Positions 38,153 to 49,727 of a DNA stretch of 64,000 nucleotides are shown one piece after another. Position 1 is the first letter of the stretch. Each line of letters opens with the position of its first letter. Source of the stretch: an uncultured Actinomycetes bacterium (GTDB taxonomy: Bacteria; Actinomycetota; Thermoleophilia; UBA2241); assembly GCA_963833555.1 (NCBI GenBank), contig CAWHYB010000007.1, positions 388,739-452,738 of the forward strand, read 5' to 3'. A program made the translations under genes and the position numbers. Below the pieces are notes generated by a model that did not search any database, had not been told where the DNA came from, and was given only the letters and a program-made list of their open reading frames with translations.

Positions 38153-38259
38153 ACCGCCGGCGGCCCGAACCCCAAGGCGGTCCCGGGTGCAGCATATCAG
38201 CAGGCTATACGGCGATGCGCCATCTCAGCTGACGGCGCGCCGACGACGCCACGAGTGGG

Positions 38260-39145
38260 TCAGTCAGCGAGCACGGTGACGATCACGACGACGCCGTACA
38301 GCAGGCCGACGACCCCGTTGACCGTCATGAATCCCATGCCGACCCGGCTCAAGGCCGCGTCGCGCGATGTCGACGTGCGACCACGCCAGGATCGCCGCTA
38401 CCACGCAGACAGCCGGCGTAGTAGACAAGCGGCAGTCCAAGCAGCGCGCCGGCCGTCGAGCAGGAGCGACGACTGAGCCAAGGTGAGAGAGGGCGGCGAC
38501 GAGCAGAGCTCGTCGCCGCCCGAACCTGACGGGCACCGAGTGGATGCCCTCGTCGCGGTCGAATCGAGGTCGAAGATCGCGTAGATGACGTCGAAGCCAC
38601 CCACCCACAAGCCGACGGCCACGAACAGCAGGACCGGCGACAGGGCGACGCGGCCGGTCACGGCGACCCAGGCCGCCGCCGGCGCCAGGCCGTCGGTCAG
38701 GCCGAGCGCGTAGTGGCAGAACCAGGTGAAGCGCTTCGTGTACGGGTAGGCGATGAAGGCCGCCACGACGATCGGCCACAGGTACCGGCACGGCGGCGAC
38801 AGGAAGAAGGTCGACAGCACGAGGACGCCGAGCGAGGCGGCAGTGAAGGCGACGACCTCGCCGCGCGCAGCGACGCCGGTCGGCAGCTCGCGCCCGGCGG
38901 TGCGCGGGTTGCGAGCGTCGATGCCGGCGTCGATCAGCCGGTTCAGCGCCATGGCGGCGCTGCGCGCCGCGACCATCGCCACGGTGATCCAGACGAGCGT
39001 CGCCCAGCGACGGGATGCGCTGCTCGGCCAGCACCGCGCCGGCGTACGCGAAGGGCAGCGCGTAGACGCTGTGTTCGACCTTGATGAGGCGGGCGAAGAG
39101 CGCGGGGCGTGCCGACGCCGGTGCGGGGCGTGAGGCGGATGTCAC
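38260..39145 (-). CDS. UbiA family polyprenyltransferase (menaquinone-specific, futalosine route); frame-interrupted
   Basis: LIKVEHSVYALPFAYAGAVL, NRLIDAGIDARNPRTAGRELP (Asp-rich motif), polytopic. Fragments 38264..39145 and 38398..38982. Confidence 0.75.
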
Positions 39146-39173
39146 GGTCGGGTGACGGGCGAGGCGGCGCGCG

Positions 39174-39514
39174 CTAGCGCGCGCCGCCGTTCACGGGCCG
39201 AGGCTCGGTGCCGAACTTGGCGACCAGCCAGCACGACGAAGCCGACGATGACCGCGACGATGGCGACCACGAAGAGGATCGTGTAGAGGAACATGCTGGC
39301 GGGCTGCGCCGCTGCCCAGATAGGAGCTCACGCCCCAGCAGACGACGGCGATCGCCCAGTTGACGATCGACAGGATCCAGAAGCGGCGTGCGGTGCGGAC
39401 GTGGGGAGCGTCGCCACCGGTCGCGGCGGCTGCGGGCTCGTCGGGCCGCGCGGAGGCGGTCGGCACCTCGCCTGCGTCGCGATCGGTGGGCATCTTGTCG
39501 TCCGGCTGCGTCAT
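39174..39514 (-). CDS. small two-TM membrane protein of unknown function; one frame change
   Basis: RRFWILSIVNWAIAVVCWGVSSYL and, after the shift, MFLYTILFVVAIVAVIVGFVVLLVA. No family was recognised. Confidence 0.4.
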
Positions 39515-39610
39515 GTCAGTCAGTGTAAAGAAGGCCGGGCACGCTGTCGAGAAGCCCTGCTGTTGGCCCGAAACGCTCCGACCGGTGGCGGCTGGGAATC
39601 GAGATCGCGG

Positions 39611-41102
39611 TCACGTGCGCCGAAACCCGAGACCCAGTTCGGCCCAGCGACGCGTCGACGCGCGCCATCGACGGCCGGGTCCATGGCGAGCTCGTCGGGC
39701 CACTCGCGGCCGTGACCTTCGTCGGGCCAGGTCCTGGTCGCGTCGATGCCCATCTTGGCGCCGTAGCCGGCCGTCGGGCTCGAGTGGTCGAGCACGTCGA
39801 GCGGCCCGTCGACGATCATCGTGTCGCGGCGCGGGTCGACGTTGTTGAACACGCGCCAGGCGACCTCGCGCGGGTCGTGTACGTCGACGTGCTCGTCGAC
39901 GACGACGACGAACTTGGTGAACATCATCTGTCCCATCCCCCAGACGCGCTCATCACCTTGCGGGCGTGACCGGGGTACGCCTTGCGGATCGAGACCACGG
40001 CGCAGTCGTGGAAGACGCCCTCGATCGGCAGCTCCAGGTCGACGATCTCGGGCAGTGTCAGGCGCAGGAGGGGCAGGAACAGGCGCTCGGTGGCCTTGCC
40101 CAGATAGCAATCCTCCATCGGCGGGCGGCCGACTATGGTGGCCGGGTAGACCGCGTCGTGGCGCATGCTCATCGCGGTCAGATGGAAGACCGGGTAGTCG
40201 TCGGCGAGCGAGTAGTAGCCGGTGTGATCACCGAACGGGCCTTCGCGGCGCAGCTCGCCCTGCTCGACGTAGCCCTCGAGGACGATCTCGGCGTCGGCCG
40301 GCACTTCGAGATCGACCGTCGCGCACGGCGCCAGCTCGACCGGCTCGCCGCGCAGGAAGCCGGCGAACATGAGCTCGTCGATGCCGGGCGGCAGCGGCGC
40401 CGTCGCGGCGTAGGTCACGGCAGGATCAGTGCCGATGGCGACGGCGACCTCGAGCCGGCCGTCGGCGGCCCGGAAGTTCGCGGCCCCATCGTGATGGACG
40501 TGCCAGTGCATCCCAGTGCTCTGCGCATCGTGGACCTGCAGCCGATACATGCCGGCGTTGCGGCGGCCCTCGCGGTCCTTGGTGATCACGACCGGCAAGG
40601 TGATGAACGGGCCGCCGTCGCCCGGCCAGGTCGTGAGTACGGGCAGCCTGCCCAGGTCGGGCGGCTCGACGACGACCTCGCGGAAGGCCGCCTTCTTCGT
40701 CGGCTTCGGCGCGAACGAGGCGAGCTCGCGCAGCTGCCCCAAGGCCTTGACCTTGCTGACCAGCCCCCTGGGCACCTGCAGCTCGACGAGCTCGCCGATG
40801 CGGGCGGCGATCTCGTCGAGTGGCGCGCCGAGGGCCAGTTCGAGCCGCCGGTACGACCCGAACTGGTTCATCAGTACGGGCAGGGGCGGTCCGGACAGCC
40901 GATGGGCGTTGCCGGGCGACGCCACGACCGGCGAGCTGTGACCCGACGCGCTCTCGGGACGCTCGAAGAGCAGCGCGGGACCGTCGGCCTTGCTCGCGCG
41001 GTCGGCGATCTCGGCCATCTCGAGATACGGATCGACGGGCGCCGTCACGACGGCCAGCTCGCCTTCGCGGCGCAGCAGCCCGACGAACTCGGCCAGCCTC
41101 AC
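39611..41102 (-). CDS. UbiD family decarboxylase (menaquinone biosynthesis type); frame-interrupted near the 3' end
   Basis: LLFERPE, GGPFITLPVVITKD, RNAGMYRLQV, FGDHTGYYS, MMFTKFVVVVDEHVDVHD. GTG 41102 overlaps the upstream stop (GTGA). Confidence 0.75.
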
Positions 41103-41767
41103 GCCGGCTCCTTGCAAGCCATGGCGGTGAGTGCGGCGCCCGCGGCGCCGGCATCGTCTGAGCCCGGGTGCTGCGCGTCGGTCTCGACCTCGTGCTCCAT
41201 GCCGAGGGCGGCGCGCAGCGGCTGTGGCCGGCGCAGTGACAGCGACGCCGCTGCCCGCCGCACGACCTGGGGCAGGCGTTCGGCGCGGCCGCGGCCGAAC
41301 AGCGCGCCGACCTCGTCGAAGACACGCAGGGCCGCGAGGCCGCTGCCGCCGGATGCCGACGATGCCATGCCGGCCACGCACAGGGCCCAGAGGTCGTCGT
41401 CGCAGGCGAACGGGCAGTCCTCGGCGCGCAACCAGGAGCAAGTCGCCATCAGCCGGGTCAGCAGGGCGATCGAATCGAGGTCGCCCGCGTCGGCGACCAG
41501 CCGCAGGCCGCTGGCATCGAGGTGGTCGCCGGCGAGCAGCCGCGTCTGCAGCGTGGTGTTCGCGCCGAGCAGGCGGCTCACTCGATAGTGGGTGAGGTAG
41601 CCCTCGTAGACGAGCTCGATGGCCAGGACGTAGGGGTCGGGAGCGGCCTCGGGCGCGAGCGCCCGGAACAGCGGCGCGTAGACCAGCGCGAAGCGCGGCG
41701 GCGGCGCCGTCGCAAACGGCGCCGCCGCGGCCCACAGCGCCTCGCGAATTGCCTGATCGTCGGCCAT
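41099..41767 (-). CDS. hypothetical protein (222 aa) between rex and the UbiD-like gene
   Basis: Uninterrupted ORF, translationally coupled at both ends (TGATG and GTGA overlaps). No family was recognised. Confidence 0.45.
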   Translation of the reverse strand: MADDQAIREALWAAAAPFATAPPPRFALVYAPLFRALAPEAAPDPYVLAIELVYEGYLTHYRVSRLLGANTTLQTRLLAGDHLDASGLRLVADAGDLDSIALLTRLMATCSWLRAEDCPFACDDDLWALCVAGMASSASGGSGLAALRVFDEVGALFGRGRAERLPQVVRRAAASLSLRRPQPLRAALGMEHEVETDAQHPGSDDAGAAGAALTAMACKEPA

Positions 41768-42423
41768 CAGAGCTCGCGATCGAGGTAGAACGACAGGAAC
41801 ATGAGCTCGCTCGAGAAGTCGACCTGGCGCACCACGACGTCGCGCGGCGCCAGCACCTTGACCGGCGCGAAGTTCAAGATGGCGCGCACGCGGCGGTCGG
41901 GCTCGAGCGAGACCACCCTGTCGATGATCGACTGGGCGGCGTGGGCCGGTACGGTGATGATGGCGATGTCGACCCGCTCGTCACGGCAGAACGGCTCAAT
42001 CTCGGCGGCGTCGCGGATGGTGCGCCCGTCGCCGAAGCCGACGCCGACCTTCTTCGGCGACGCGTCGAACATGGCGACCAGCCTGAAGCCCTGCTCGGCG
42101 AAGCCGCGGTACCGGGCGAGGGCGGTGCCCAGCGAGCCCGCCCCGATGATGATCACGTTCCAGGTGCGCTCGAGCCCGAGGCAGCGCCTGATCTCGTCGA
42201 CCAGACGGTCGACCTCGTAGCCGACGCCCCGCGTGCCGAACTCGCCGAAGTACGAGAAGTCCTTGCGGATCTGCGCCGCGTTCAGGTCGATCATCTCGGC
42301 CAGCTGCTTCGAGGACACACGCTCGAGGCCCCGGCCTTGCAGCTCGCGCAACTTGCGCAGATAGAGCGCGAGGCGCGGCACAGTGACGGCCGGCACGGCG
42401 TTCTTGTCGACGGGACGTCCCAT
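41767..42423 (-). CDS. rex: redox-sensing transcriptional repressor Rex
   Basis: N-terminal wHTH (RLALYLRKLRELQ..VSSKQLAE...AQIRKDFSYFGEFGTRGVGY) and Rossmann loop IIGAGSLGTAL. Confidence 0.85.
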   Translation of the reverse strand: MGRPVDKNAVPAVTVPRLALYLRKLRELQGRGLERVSSKQLAEMIDLNAAQIRKDFSYFGEFGTRGVGYEVDRLVDEIRRCLGLERTWNVIIIGAGSLGTALARYRGFAEQGFRLVAMFDASPKKVGVGFGDGRTIRDAAEIEPFCRDERVDIAIITVPAHAAQSIIDRVVSLEPDRRVRAILNFAPVKVLAPRDVVVRQVDFSSELMFLSFYLDREL

Positions 42424-42444
42424 GGGCCCCTCCTCCTCGTCGTC

Positions 42445-43737
42445 CTACAGGCCTGCGAAAAACGCGCCGGCCGCTTCGGCCGCGCGGGCGACATCGGTTT
42501 CGGTCAGCGCCAGCGACACCATCGCCGACTCGAACTGCGACGGCGCCAGGTAGATGCCACTGTCGAGCATATGGCGCCAGTAGCGCGCATAGAGCGTTGT
42601 GTCGGCGTGGCGGGCCTCAGCGAAGCTTGTGACGGGCCCGTCACAGAAGAAGAGCGTCATCATGGCGCCGACGCGGTTGAGCGTGGTCGGCGCTCGCTCG
42701 CTGACCGCCGAGGCCGCGGCGACGAGGCCCTGGCAGACCTGCACGGCACGCGCCTCGAGCGACTCGTAGACGCCAGGTTCGGCAAGCGCCCGCAGGGTGG
42801 CGATGCCGGCCGCCATCGCGAGCGGGTTGCCGGACAGCGTGCCGGCCTGGTAGGTCGAGCCGAGCGGCGCCACCGTCTCCATGATGTCGGCGCGGCCACC
42901 GAAGGCGCCGACCGGCAGGCCGCCGCCGATGATCTTGCCGAGGGTGGTGAGGTCGGGCATCACGCCGAAGCGTTCCTGCGCGCCGCCCCACGCGACGCGG
43001 AACCCGGTGATGACCTCGTCGAAGATGAGCAGCGCGCCGGCGTCGGTACACAGCCGGCGGATCTCCTCGAGGAACCCCGGTTGCGGCGGAACGACGCCCA
43101 TGTTGCCGGCGACAGGCTCGACGATGACGCAGGCGATCTCGTCGCCGTGCGACGCGAACACCGCGCGCAGCGCCGCCGCGTCGTTGTACTCGACGAGGAT
43201 GGTGTCCGAGGTCGTGCCCTTCGTGACCCCAGGGCTGTCGGGCAGTGCCAGCGTGAGCACGCCGCTGCCCGCCGCCGCCAGGAACGGGTCGGCGTGACCG
43301 TGATAGCAGCCGATGAACTTGACCACCTTGTCGCGCCCGGTGAAGCCGCGCGCCACACGCAGGGCACTCATCGTCGCCTCGGTGCCCGAGTTGACCATGC
43401 GCACGAGCTCGACCGACGGGACGGCCTCGCAGATCAGGCGGGCGAGCTCGACCTCGAGTGCCGTCGGCGCGCCGAAGCTCGTGCCCAGGTCGACCTGGGC
43501 ATGAAGTGCGGCGACGACCTGCGGCTGTCCCCAGCCCAGGATCATCGGCCCCCACGACGAGACGAGGTCGACGAACTCGTTGCCGTCGACATCCCATATG
43601 TGAGCGCCGCGGGCGCGTGAGATGAACAGAGGATGCGGCATGCCGACACCCTTCATCGCCCTCACCGGCGAGTTCACTCCCCCGGGTATGTACTGCCGCG
43701 CCTCGTCGAACAGGCGCTTCGATGTCTCGATGTTCAA
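42445..43737 (-). CDS. hemL: glutamate-1-semialdehyde 2,1-aminomutase
   Basis: Uninterrupted 430-aa ORF with YIPGGVNSPVRA, GTEATMSALRVARG and LIFDEVITGFR. TTG start with a GGGAGGA SD. Confidence 0.9.
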   Translation of the reverse strand: MNIETSKRLFDEARQYIPGGVNSPVRAMKGVGMPHPLFISRARGAHIWDVDGNEFVDLVSSWGPMILGWGQPQVVAALHAQVDLGTSFGAPTALEVELARLICEAVPSVELVRMVNSGTEATMSALRVARGFTGRDKVVKFIGCYHGHADPFLAAAGSGVLTLALPDSPGVTKGTTSDTILVEYNDAAALRAVFASHGDEIACVIVEPVAGNMGVVPPQPGFLEEIRRLCTDAGALLIFDEVITGFRVAWGGAQERFGVMPDLTTLGKIIGGGLPVGAFGGRADIMETVAPLGSTYQAGTLSGNPLAMAAGIATLRALAEPGVYESLEARAVQVCQGLVAAASAVSERAPTTLNRVGAMMTLFFCDGPVTSFAEARHADTTLYARYWRHMLDSGIYLAPSQFESAMVSLALTETDVARAAEAAGAFFAGL

Positions 43738-43865
43738 AGATCCTCCCGTTGACAGTCTCTGGGCGCCGCGATCATTTGTGACTGACGGTACATGATACTG
43801 TGGCGCGCCATCCAGCGCCCGTGATGGCTGTGGTCGCTCCGGAGATCGGCGCCGCCGAGGCCTAG

Positions 43866-44107
43866 ATGCGCGATCTCAGCAGTGCCGAGCGCCGCTGGCC
43901 GGCCCGGTGGCTGTCCGTGCGTCGGGCGGGCGGCGTCGAAGCCGCGGCGTCGGTGACGCGCTGCCGGCCGCGGCCCTGCGCCGCTTCGAGGCTGCCGGCT
44001 GCAAGGAGGCCGCCGTCGCCACGGTGTCCGGCAACGACCGCGCGGCGGCGCTCTATCGCAAGCACGGCATGGTCGACGAGGCGCTCCAGCTCGACAAGCA
44101 CTTCTGA
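43866..44107 (+). pseudogene. C-terminal remnant of a GNAT acetyltransferase
   Basis: Only the tail GRGVGDALPAAALRRFEAAGC..VSGNDRAAALYRKHGM is recognisable, with no intact N-terminal half. Confidence 0.3.
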
Positions 44108-44141
44108 GTCCGGCGGCGTCTGACCCACCGGCAGCGACTGG

Positions 44142-45263
44142 TCAGGCCGGCTGCGGCACCCAGCCCTTCGGGATGTAGGCGCAGTACGGCTCCTCGGCCA
44201 TGTAGTCGCCGGTGCACTCGTAGGCGCGCGCCCGGCAGCCGCCGCAGACCCGCTTGTACTCGCAGGCGCCGCACTTGCCCTTGAGCGCGTCGAGGTCCCG
44301 CAGGTGCGTGAACAGCGGCGAGTCGCGCCAGATCTCGCCGAAGGTCTGCTTGCGCACGTTGCCGGCGAGCTTGTCGAAGTAGCCGCAGGGCTGCACCTCG
44401 CCGACGTGCGAGATGAAGCAGAACCCGACCCCCGCGAGGCAGCCGCGGCTGAGCGTGTTCATGCCGCCGTGTGAATGCTGGTGCACCTCGAGGCTCTTCC
44501 CGTCGGCCTTGGCGCGCTGGCGCATGACGCGCCAGTAGTGAGGCACGTCGGTCGGCTTGAAGAACAAGCTCGAAGTCTGCTGGGCGTCGTAGATCCAGTT
44601 GAGCGTGCGTTCGTAGTCGTCGGGGTCGAGCTCCTGCTCGGCGAGGTCCTTGCCGCGGCCGGTAGGCACGAGCAGAAGCGGATGGAAGCTCACCGCCCCG
44701 AGCTCTTCGGCCAGGGCGAGCAGGCGCGGCAGATGAGCGACGTTCATCTTGCGTGATGGTCGAGTTGATCTGGATCTCGATGCCGGCGCCCTGAGCGACG
44801 CGGATGCCGCGCATGGCGCCGTCGAAGGCGCCTGGGCAGCCGCGGAAGCGGTCGTGGTCGACCGCGTCGGGAAAGTCGATCGAGACGCTGATGCGGCCGA
44901 TGCCGACCTCTTTCATGCGGGCCGCGGTCTCAGGCGTGATGAGCGTGCCGTTGGGCGCCATGACGACCCGCAGGCCCGCCTCGCGGGCCGCGTCGGCGAT
45001 CGTGAAGATGTCGGGACGCAGCAGCGGCTCGCCTCCGGTCAGGATGAGGATCGGGTCGCCGGTGGCGGCGATCTGCCCGACGAGCCTGAGGCACTTCGTC
45101 GGTGGAGAGCTCGCTCTCGTAGGGGCCGTGCAGGGCCGACGCGCGGCAGTGGGCGCACGCGAGGTTGCAGCTGCGCGTGACCTCCCAGGCGACGACGCGC
45201 GGCGAGCTCGCGTCGAGCGGCCGGGTGTGGCGCGCGTGCCTCGGCGTGCTGCGATGGTTCCAT
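44142..45263 (-). CDS. radical SAM/SPASM protein of the AhbD/NirJ (haem synthase-like) type; frame-interrupted
   Basis: [14 protein letters not shown] cluster; [11 protein letters not shown]; C-terminal [34 protein letters not shown]. At least two 1-nt shifts (about 45090 and about 44750). Confidence 0.6.
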
Positions 45264-45382
45264 GGACGGGGTCGCAGACCGTAGGTGGAGTTTCATCGTC
45301 TCGATAGAAGTATGCAGAATGGGGCGGGGGGAGGCAACGGCTGGACGCCGTTGCCTGCCCCCGCCGCCGCGACCGTCGTGCT

Positions 45383-46368
<986 letters not shown>

Positions 46369-46489
46369 TGGTCGGGTCCTTCCATGGGCGAAAGGTGGGT
46401 CGAGGTGCGGTCCGGTTGACTCTACCCCTTGCGGGGCGGAACTGACAAGGCGCCGCACTTGCAGGGAGAAACTGATCAGGCGCCGTCTA

Positions 46490-47726
46490 TCATAGCACGA
46501 GCGCCTTGGCGACGACCGCCTCGACCGAGGCTTTGTCGCGCAGGCTGCAGGCGACGATGGGGACCTCGTCGGCCAGGCCGAGCGCCTTGGCCACGGCCGT
46601 CGTGTCGAGCGAGTCTCTTCCTCCATCGAGACGTAGGTGGCCACGACGTCGGCAGGTCGCCGAGCTTGCTTCACGAAGGCAAAGTCGCGCACCGAGGCCT
46701 TGAGGCTGTCGATCGAGTTGGCGTTGGCGAGCACGACCAGGCCGGAGCTCTGCGCGACCAGCCGGCGCCACGCGTCCTCGGGCGTGCTCACGCTCGCGGT
46801 GTAGACCAGGGTATCGGGTTCGCCTGAGCCGTTTGCGGCGTAGTGTGGCGGCGACCATCGGGATCTCGACCTCGTGTTCGTCGATGAGCTCGACCCGCAG
46901 GTGCTCGGTCACGTTGGCGTCGGACAGCGTGCTGAGGAAGACCTGGTTGTAGACGTCGATCGGGCCACGCACGATCGATCGAGCGACCCTTGCCGATCTC
47001 CTCGATGGCGGCGTCGCTGACCTCGACGAGCCCGTTCTGGTTCAGGTCGTAGATGACCTTGGCACCGTTGAAGCGGTCGAGGCCGCACTCCTTGAGGATG
47101 GTGTTGATGTCGTGGCGGCCGTCGACCCAGCAGACGACGCGCCACTGTCCGGTGTGAGCCTGACGCCACCGTCCTCTTCGACGATGTCGTTGTAGCGCAG
47201 GCGCGGCACGCGCTCGAGCGAGCCCAGCGTGTCGAAGATGAGCTCCCACTCGTCGATGCGGCGGCAGCCCTCCATGATGACCGACTCGACGTTCATCTCG
47301 ACGAGGATGTCCTCGTCGCTCACCGTCTTCGTCGGCCTCGAAGATGAAGTCGCCGTCGGTCCAGCTGAAGAAGTTGAAGGTGACGTCCTCGATCTGGTCG
47401 CGCACGGCCTGCTCGAGGGTCTGCCGGTCGATGTAGCCGTGCTCGAGCAGGATTGCGCCGATGCGGCCCTTGGCGGATTTCTTCTTCTGCTCGGCAAGGG
47501 CCGCCTGCAGCTGCTTGCTCGTGATGTGGCCCGACTTGACGAGCCGCTCGCCGAGCGGCATGGTGCCCGGGTGGGCGGTCGCGAAGTGGATCTGCCCGTT
47601 GCGGAAGAAGATCTTGCCCGACTCGTCGTCGCGGGTGATCGACAAGGCACCGGTCTTGGCGCTCATCTTCACGAGCTGGAAGACGTTCGGCAGGCTGAAT
47701 TCCTTGAGATTGCCCTGCAGGAGCAC
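46490..47726 (-). CDS. DUF4388 domain protein with uncharacterised C-terminal region; frame-interrupted
   Basis: LLQGNLKEFSLPNVFQLV hallmark at the N-terminus. GTG 47726 has a GGGGAG SD. Fragments 46788..47798, 47042..47650, 46490..46972 and 45547..46791 (N-terminal part). Confidence 0.55.
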
Positions 47727-47862
47727 GCTCGTTCTCCCCTTCTCGTGGCCGCGCTCGGACCGCCCTTCGCGGTCGGCCCGCACCCACGGTCTCTTCATCG
47801 GCCGGAAGGTCTCGACTATTGAACGCTCGCGGCACGATTCTACATCGGCCGCCGGACCGGTT

Positions 47863-49141
47863 TCAGCGTGTCTGCGGTTCAGGCGGGCGCGCGGCGGCGG
47901 CTGCGCACCGCAGCCGCCGCCGCAGGACCAACGCAGCCACCGCGCCGGTCAGTAGGGTGATCACGCCGCCGCCGGCGAACGCAGTGCGCGGCCCGAAGTG
48001 CGCCGCGACGACGCCGGTCAAGAGGCTGCCGATGGGCGTACTGCCCAGGAACACCATCGCCCAAAGCGACATCACCCGGCCACGCATGGCCGCGACCGAG
48101 TTGAGCTGCAGCAGCGAGTTGGTCGTCGAGACGAAGATCACCGAGAAGCCGCCCATGACGAGCAGTGCGGTGAGCTCCAGAGTCAGACCAGGCGCGAGGG
48201 CGGCGGCTACCGAGAAGACGCCGAAGCCCACCGTGGCGCCCACCAGCAGCCGGCGGTCCGGCCGCGTCCTGCCGGCCGCGAACAGACCACCGGCGAGGGC
48301 GCCTATCCCCATCGCGGTGCTGAAGGCGCCATAGGTGCCCGCTCCCCTGTGGAAGGCGACCTTCGCCATGAGCGGCAGCAGGACCGAGAAGTTGTAGCCG
48401 AGCGTTCCCACGACGGCCATGATCGCCAGGGGGATCAGCAGCTCCGGCGTGTTCCACACATAGCGAAAGCCGGCGCGCAACTGTCTCTTGGCGCGTGCCA
48501 CCGGGCGGCCGCGATGGAGCTCCGCGGTTCGCATCGCGGCCAGCGCCGCCGATCACGAACAGAAACGACGCGGCATTGCCGAGGAAGCACGGCGCGAGAC
48601 CCACGGTGGCGATGAGGATGCCGGCGAGAGCCGGCCCGACCACGCGCGAACCATTGATGATGACGCTGTTCAGCCCCACCGCGTTGGCGAGGTCGTCGGC
48701 GCCGACCATCTCGATGACGAACGACTGCCGGGCCGGGTTGTCGAGTGAGTTGGCGACCCCCATCAGGCCGGCCAGCACGAAGACCATCCAAACCCGCACG
48801 GCGCCGGTGAGCGTGACCAGACCGAGGATGGCGGCCAGGACGGTCATGGCCGACTGGGTCGCCATGAGCAGCCTGCGCTTGTCGACCCGGTCGGCGATAA
48901 GTCCGCCCCACGGACCGATGAACAGCACCGGCCCGAACTGCAGCGCCACTGTGATGCTCAGCATGAGGGCGCTGCCGGTGAGGTGGAGCACGAGCCAGCC
49001 CTGTGCGATCGACTGCATCCAGGTGCCGCTCATCGAGATGATCTGGGCGATGAAGTACAGCCGGTAGTTGCGGACGTGCAGCGAGCGGAACGTGCGCCGT
49101 GCGACCGTCACGGCTGATGTGCGTGTGACCGATGCGTTCAC
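47863..49141 (-). CDS. MFS transporter (MFS_3-like); one frame change near 48530
   Basis: Fragments 47879..49186 and 47863..48534; FRSLHVRNYRLYFIAQIISMSGTWMQ and GGLIADRVDKRRL. Confidence 0.7.
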
Positions 49142-49306
49142 GGTTCCGAACGTCCTTGCAGTCGCGGTCGGGCGGGCGACGAGCAAGCCGGGCGACCGCG
49201 TGTCGTCACATCATGGGTTCTCGGGACGCCGCCGTCAGTAGACGGGATCCGCGGCGTGCCGCAGGTGGAAGGCTTGACGGCCGCCGGGCTTAGGCGACTG
49301 GCCAGG

Positions 49307-49615
49307 CTATCGCCGCGAGCCGCGGCCGCCTTCCCTGCCCAGATCGCGCCCGGCCGTCGCGTACGGCAGCAGCGCCATCTCACGGGCACGCTTGACTGCG
49401 ACTGCCACCTGGCGCTGATGACGCCGGCAGGTACCGGTGACGCGGCGCGACTTGATCTTGCCGCGATCGCTGATCGAACGTCGCAGGGCGACGGTGTCTT
49501 TGTAGTCGACGACGACGACCTTGTCCTTGCAGAAGTGACAGTAGCGACGTCGTGAAGGATCGACGGGCCGCCCCTTCTTTCGGTCAGGCCGTGGTTTGCC
49601 CCTGGAACTCGACAC
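49307..49615 (-). CDS. rpsR: 30S ribosomal protein bS18
   Basis: [60 protein letters not shown] start with an AAGGGA SD. Confidence 0.8.
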   Translation of the reverse strand: MSSSRGKPRPDRKKGRPVDPSRRRYCHFCKDKVVVVDYKDTVALRRSISDRGKIKSRRVTGTCRRHQRQVAVAVKRAREMALLPYATAGRDLGREGGRGSRR

Positions 49616-49727
49616 AGGCGTCCCTTCTTCTTGAGTGGTGGTTACGTGATCGCACGACTACCGTCATGCACGAACGAGCATTGTACAGTAACGCGGCGCC
49701 GGGCGCCTACGACGACTGTCTCCCCCA

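Noticed and set aside
31593-38260. Mobile-element origin of the cytochrome module
   Set aside because: I found no integrase, transposase or recombinase gene, no flanking direct or inverted repeats and no tRNA at the borders. The insertion idea rests only on synteny memory and the internal promoter.
41749-43620. 623-aa ORF on the plus strand (and a similar one at 39966..41588)
   Set aside because: These are antisense to rex/hemL and to the UbiD-like gene, which both have clear family signatures. They are high-GC antisense artefacts.
43749-43799. Plus-strand TTGACA (43749-43754) as a promoter for the GNAT remnant
   Set aside because: There is no acceptable -10 hexamer at 16-19 nt spacing. The downstream gene is only a C-terminal fragment.
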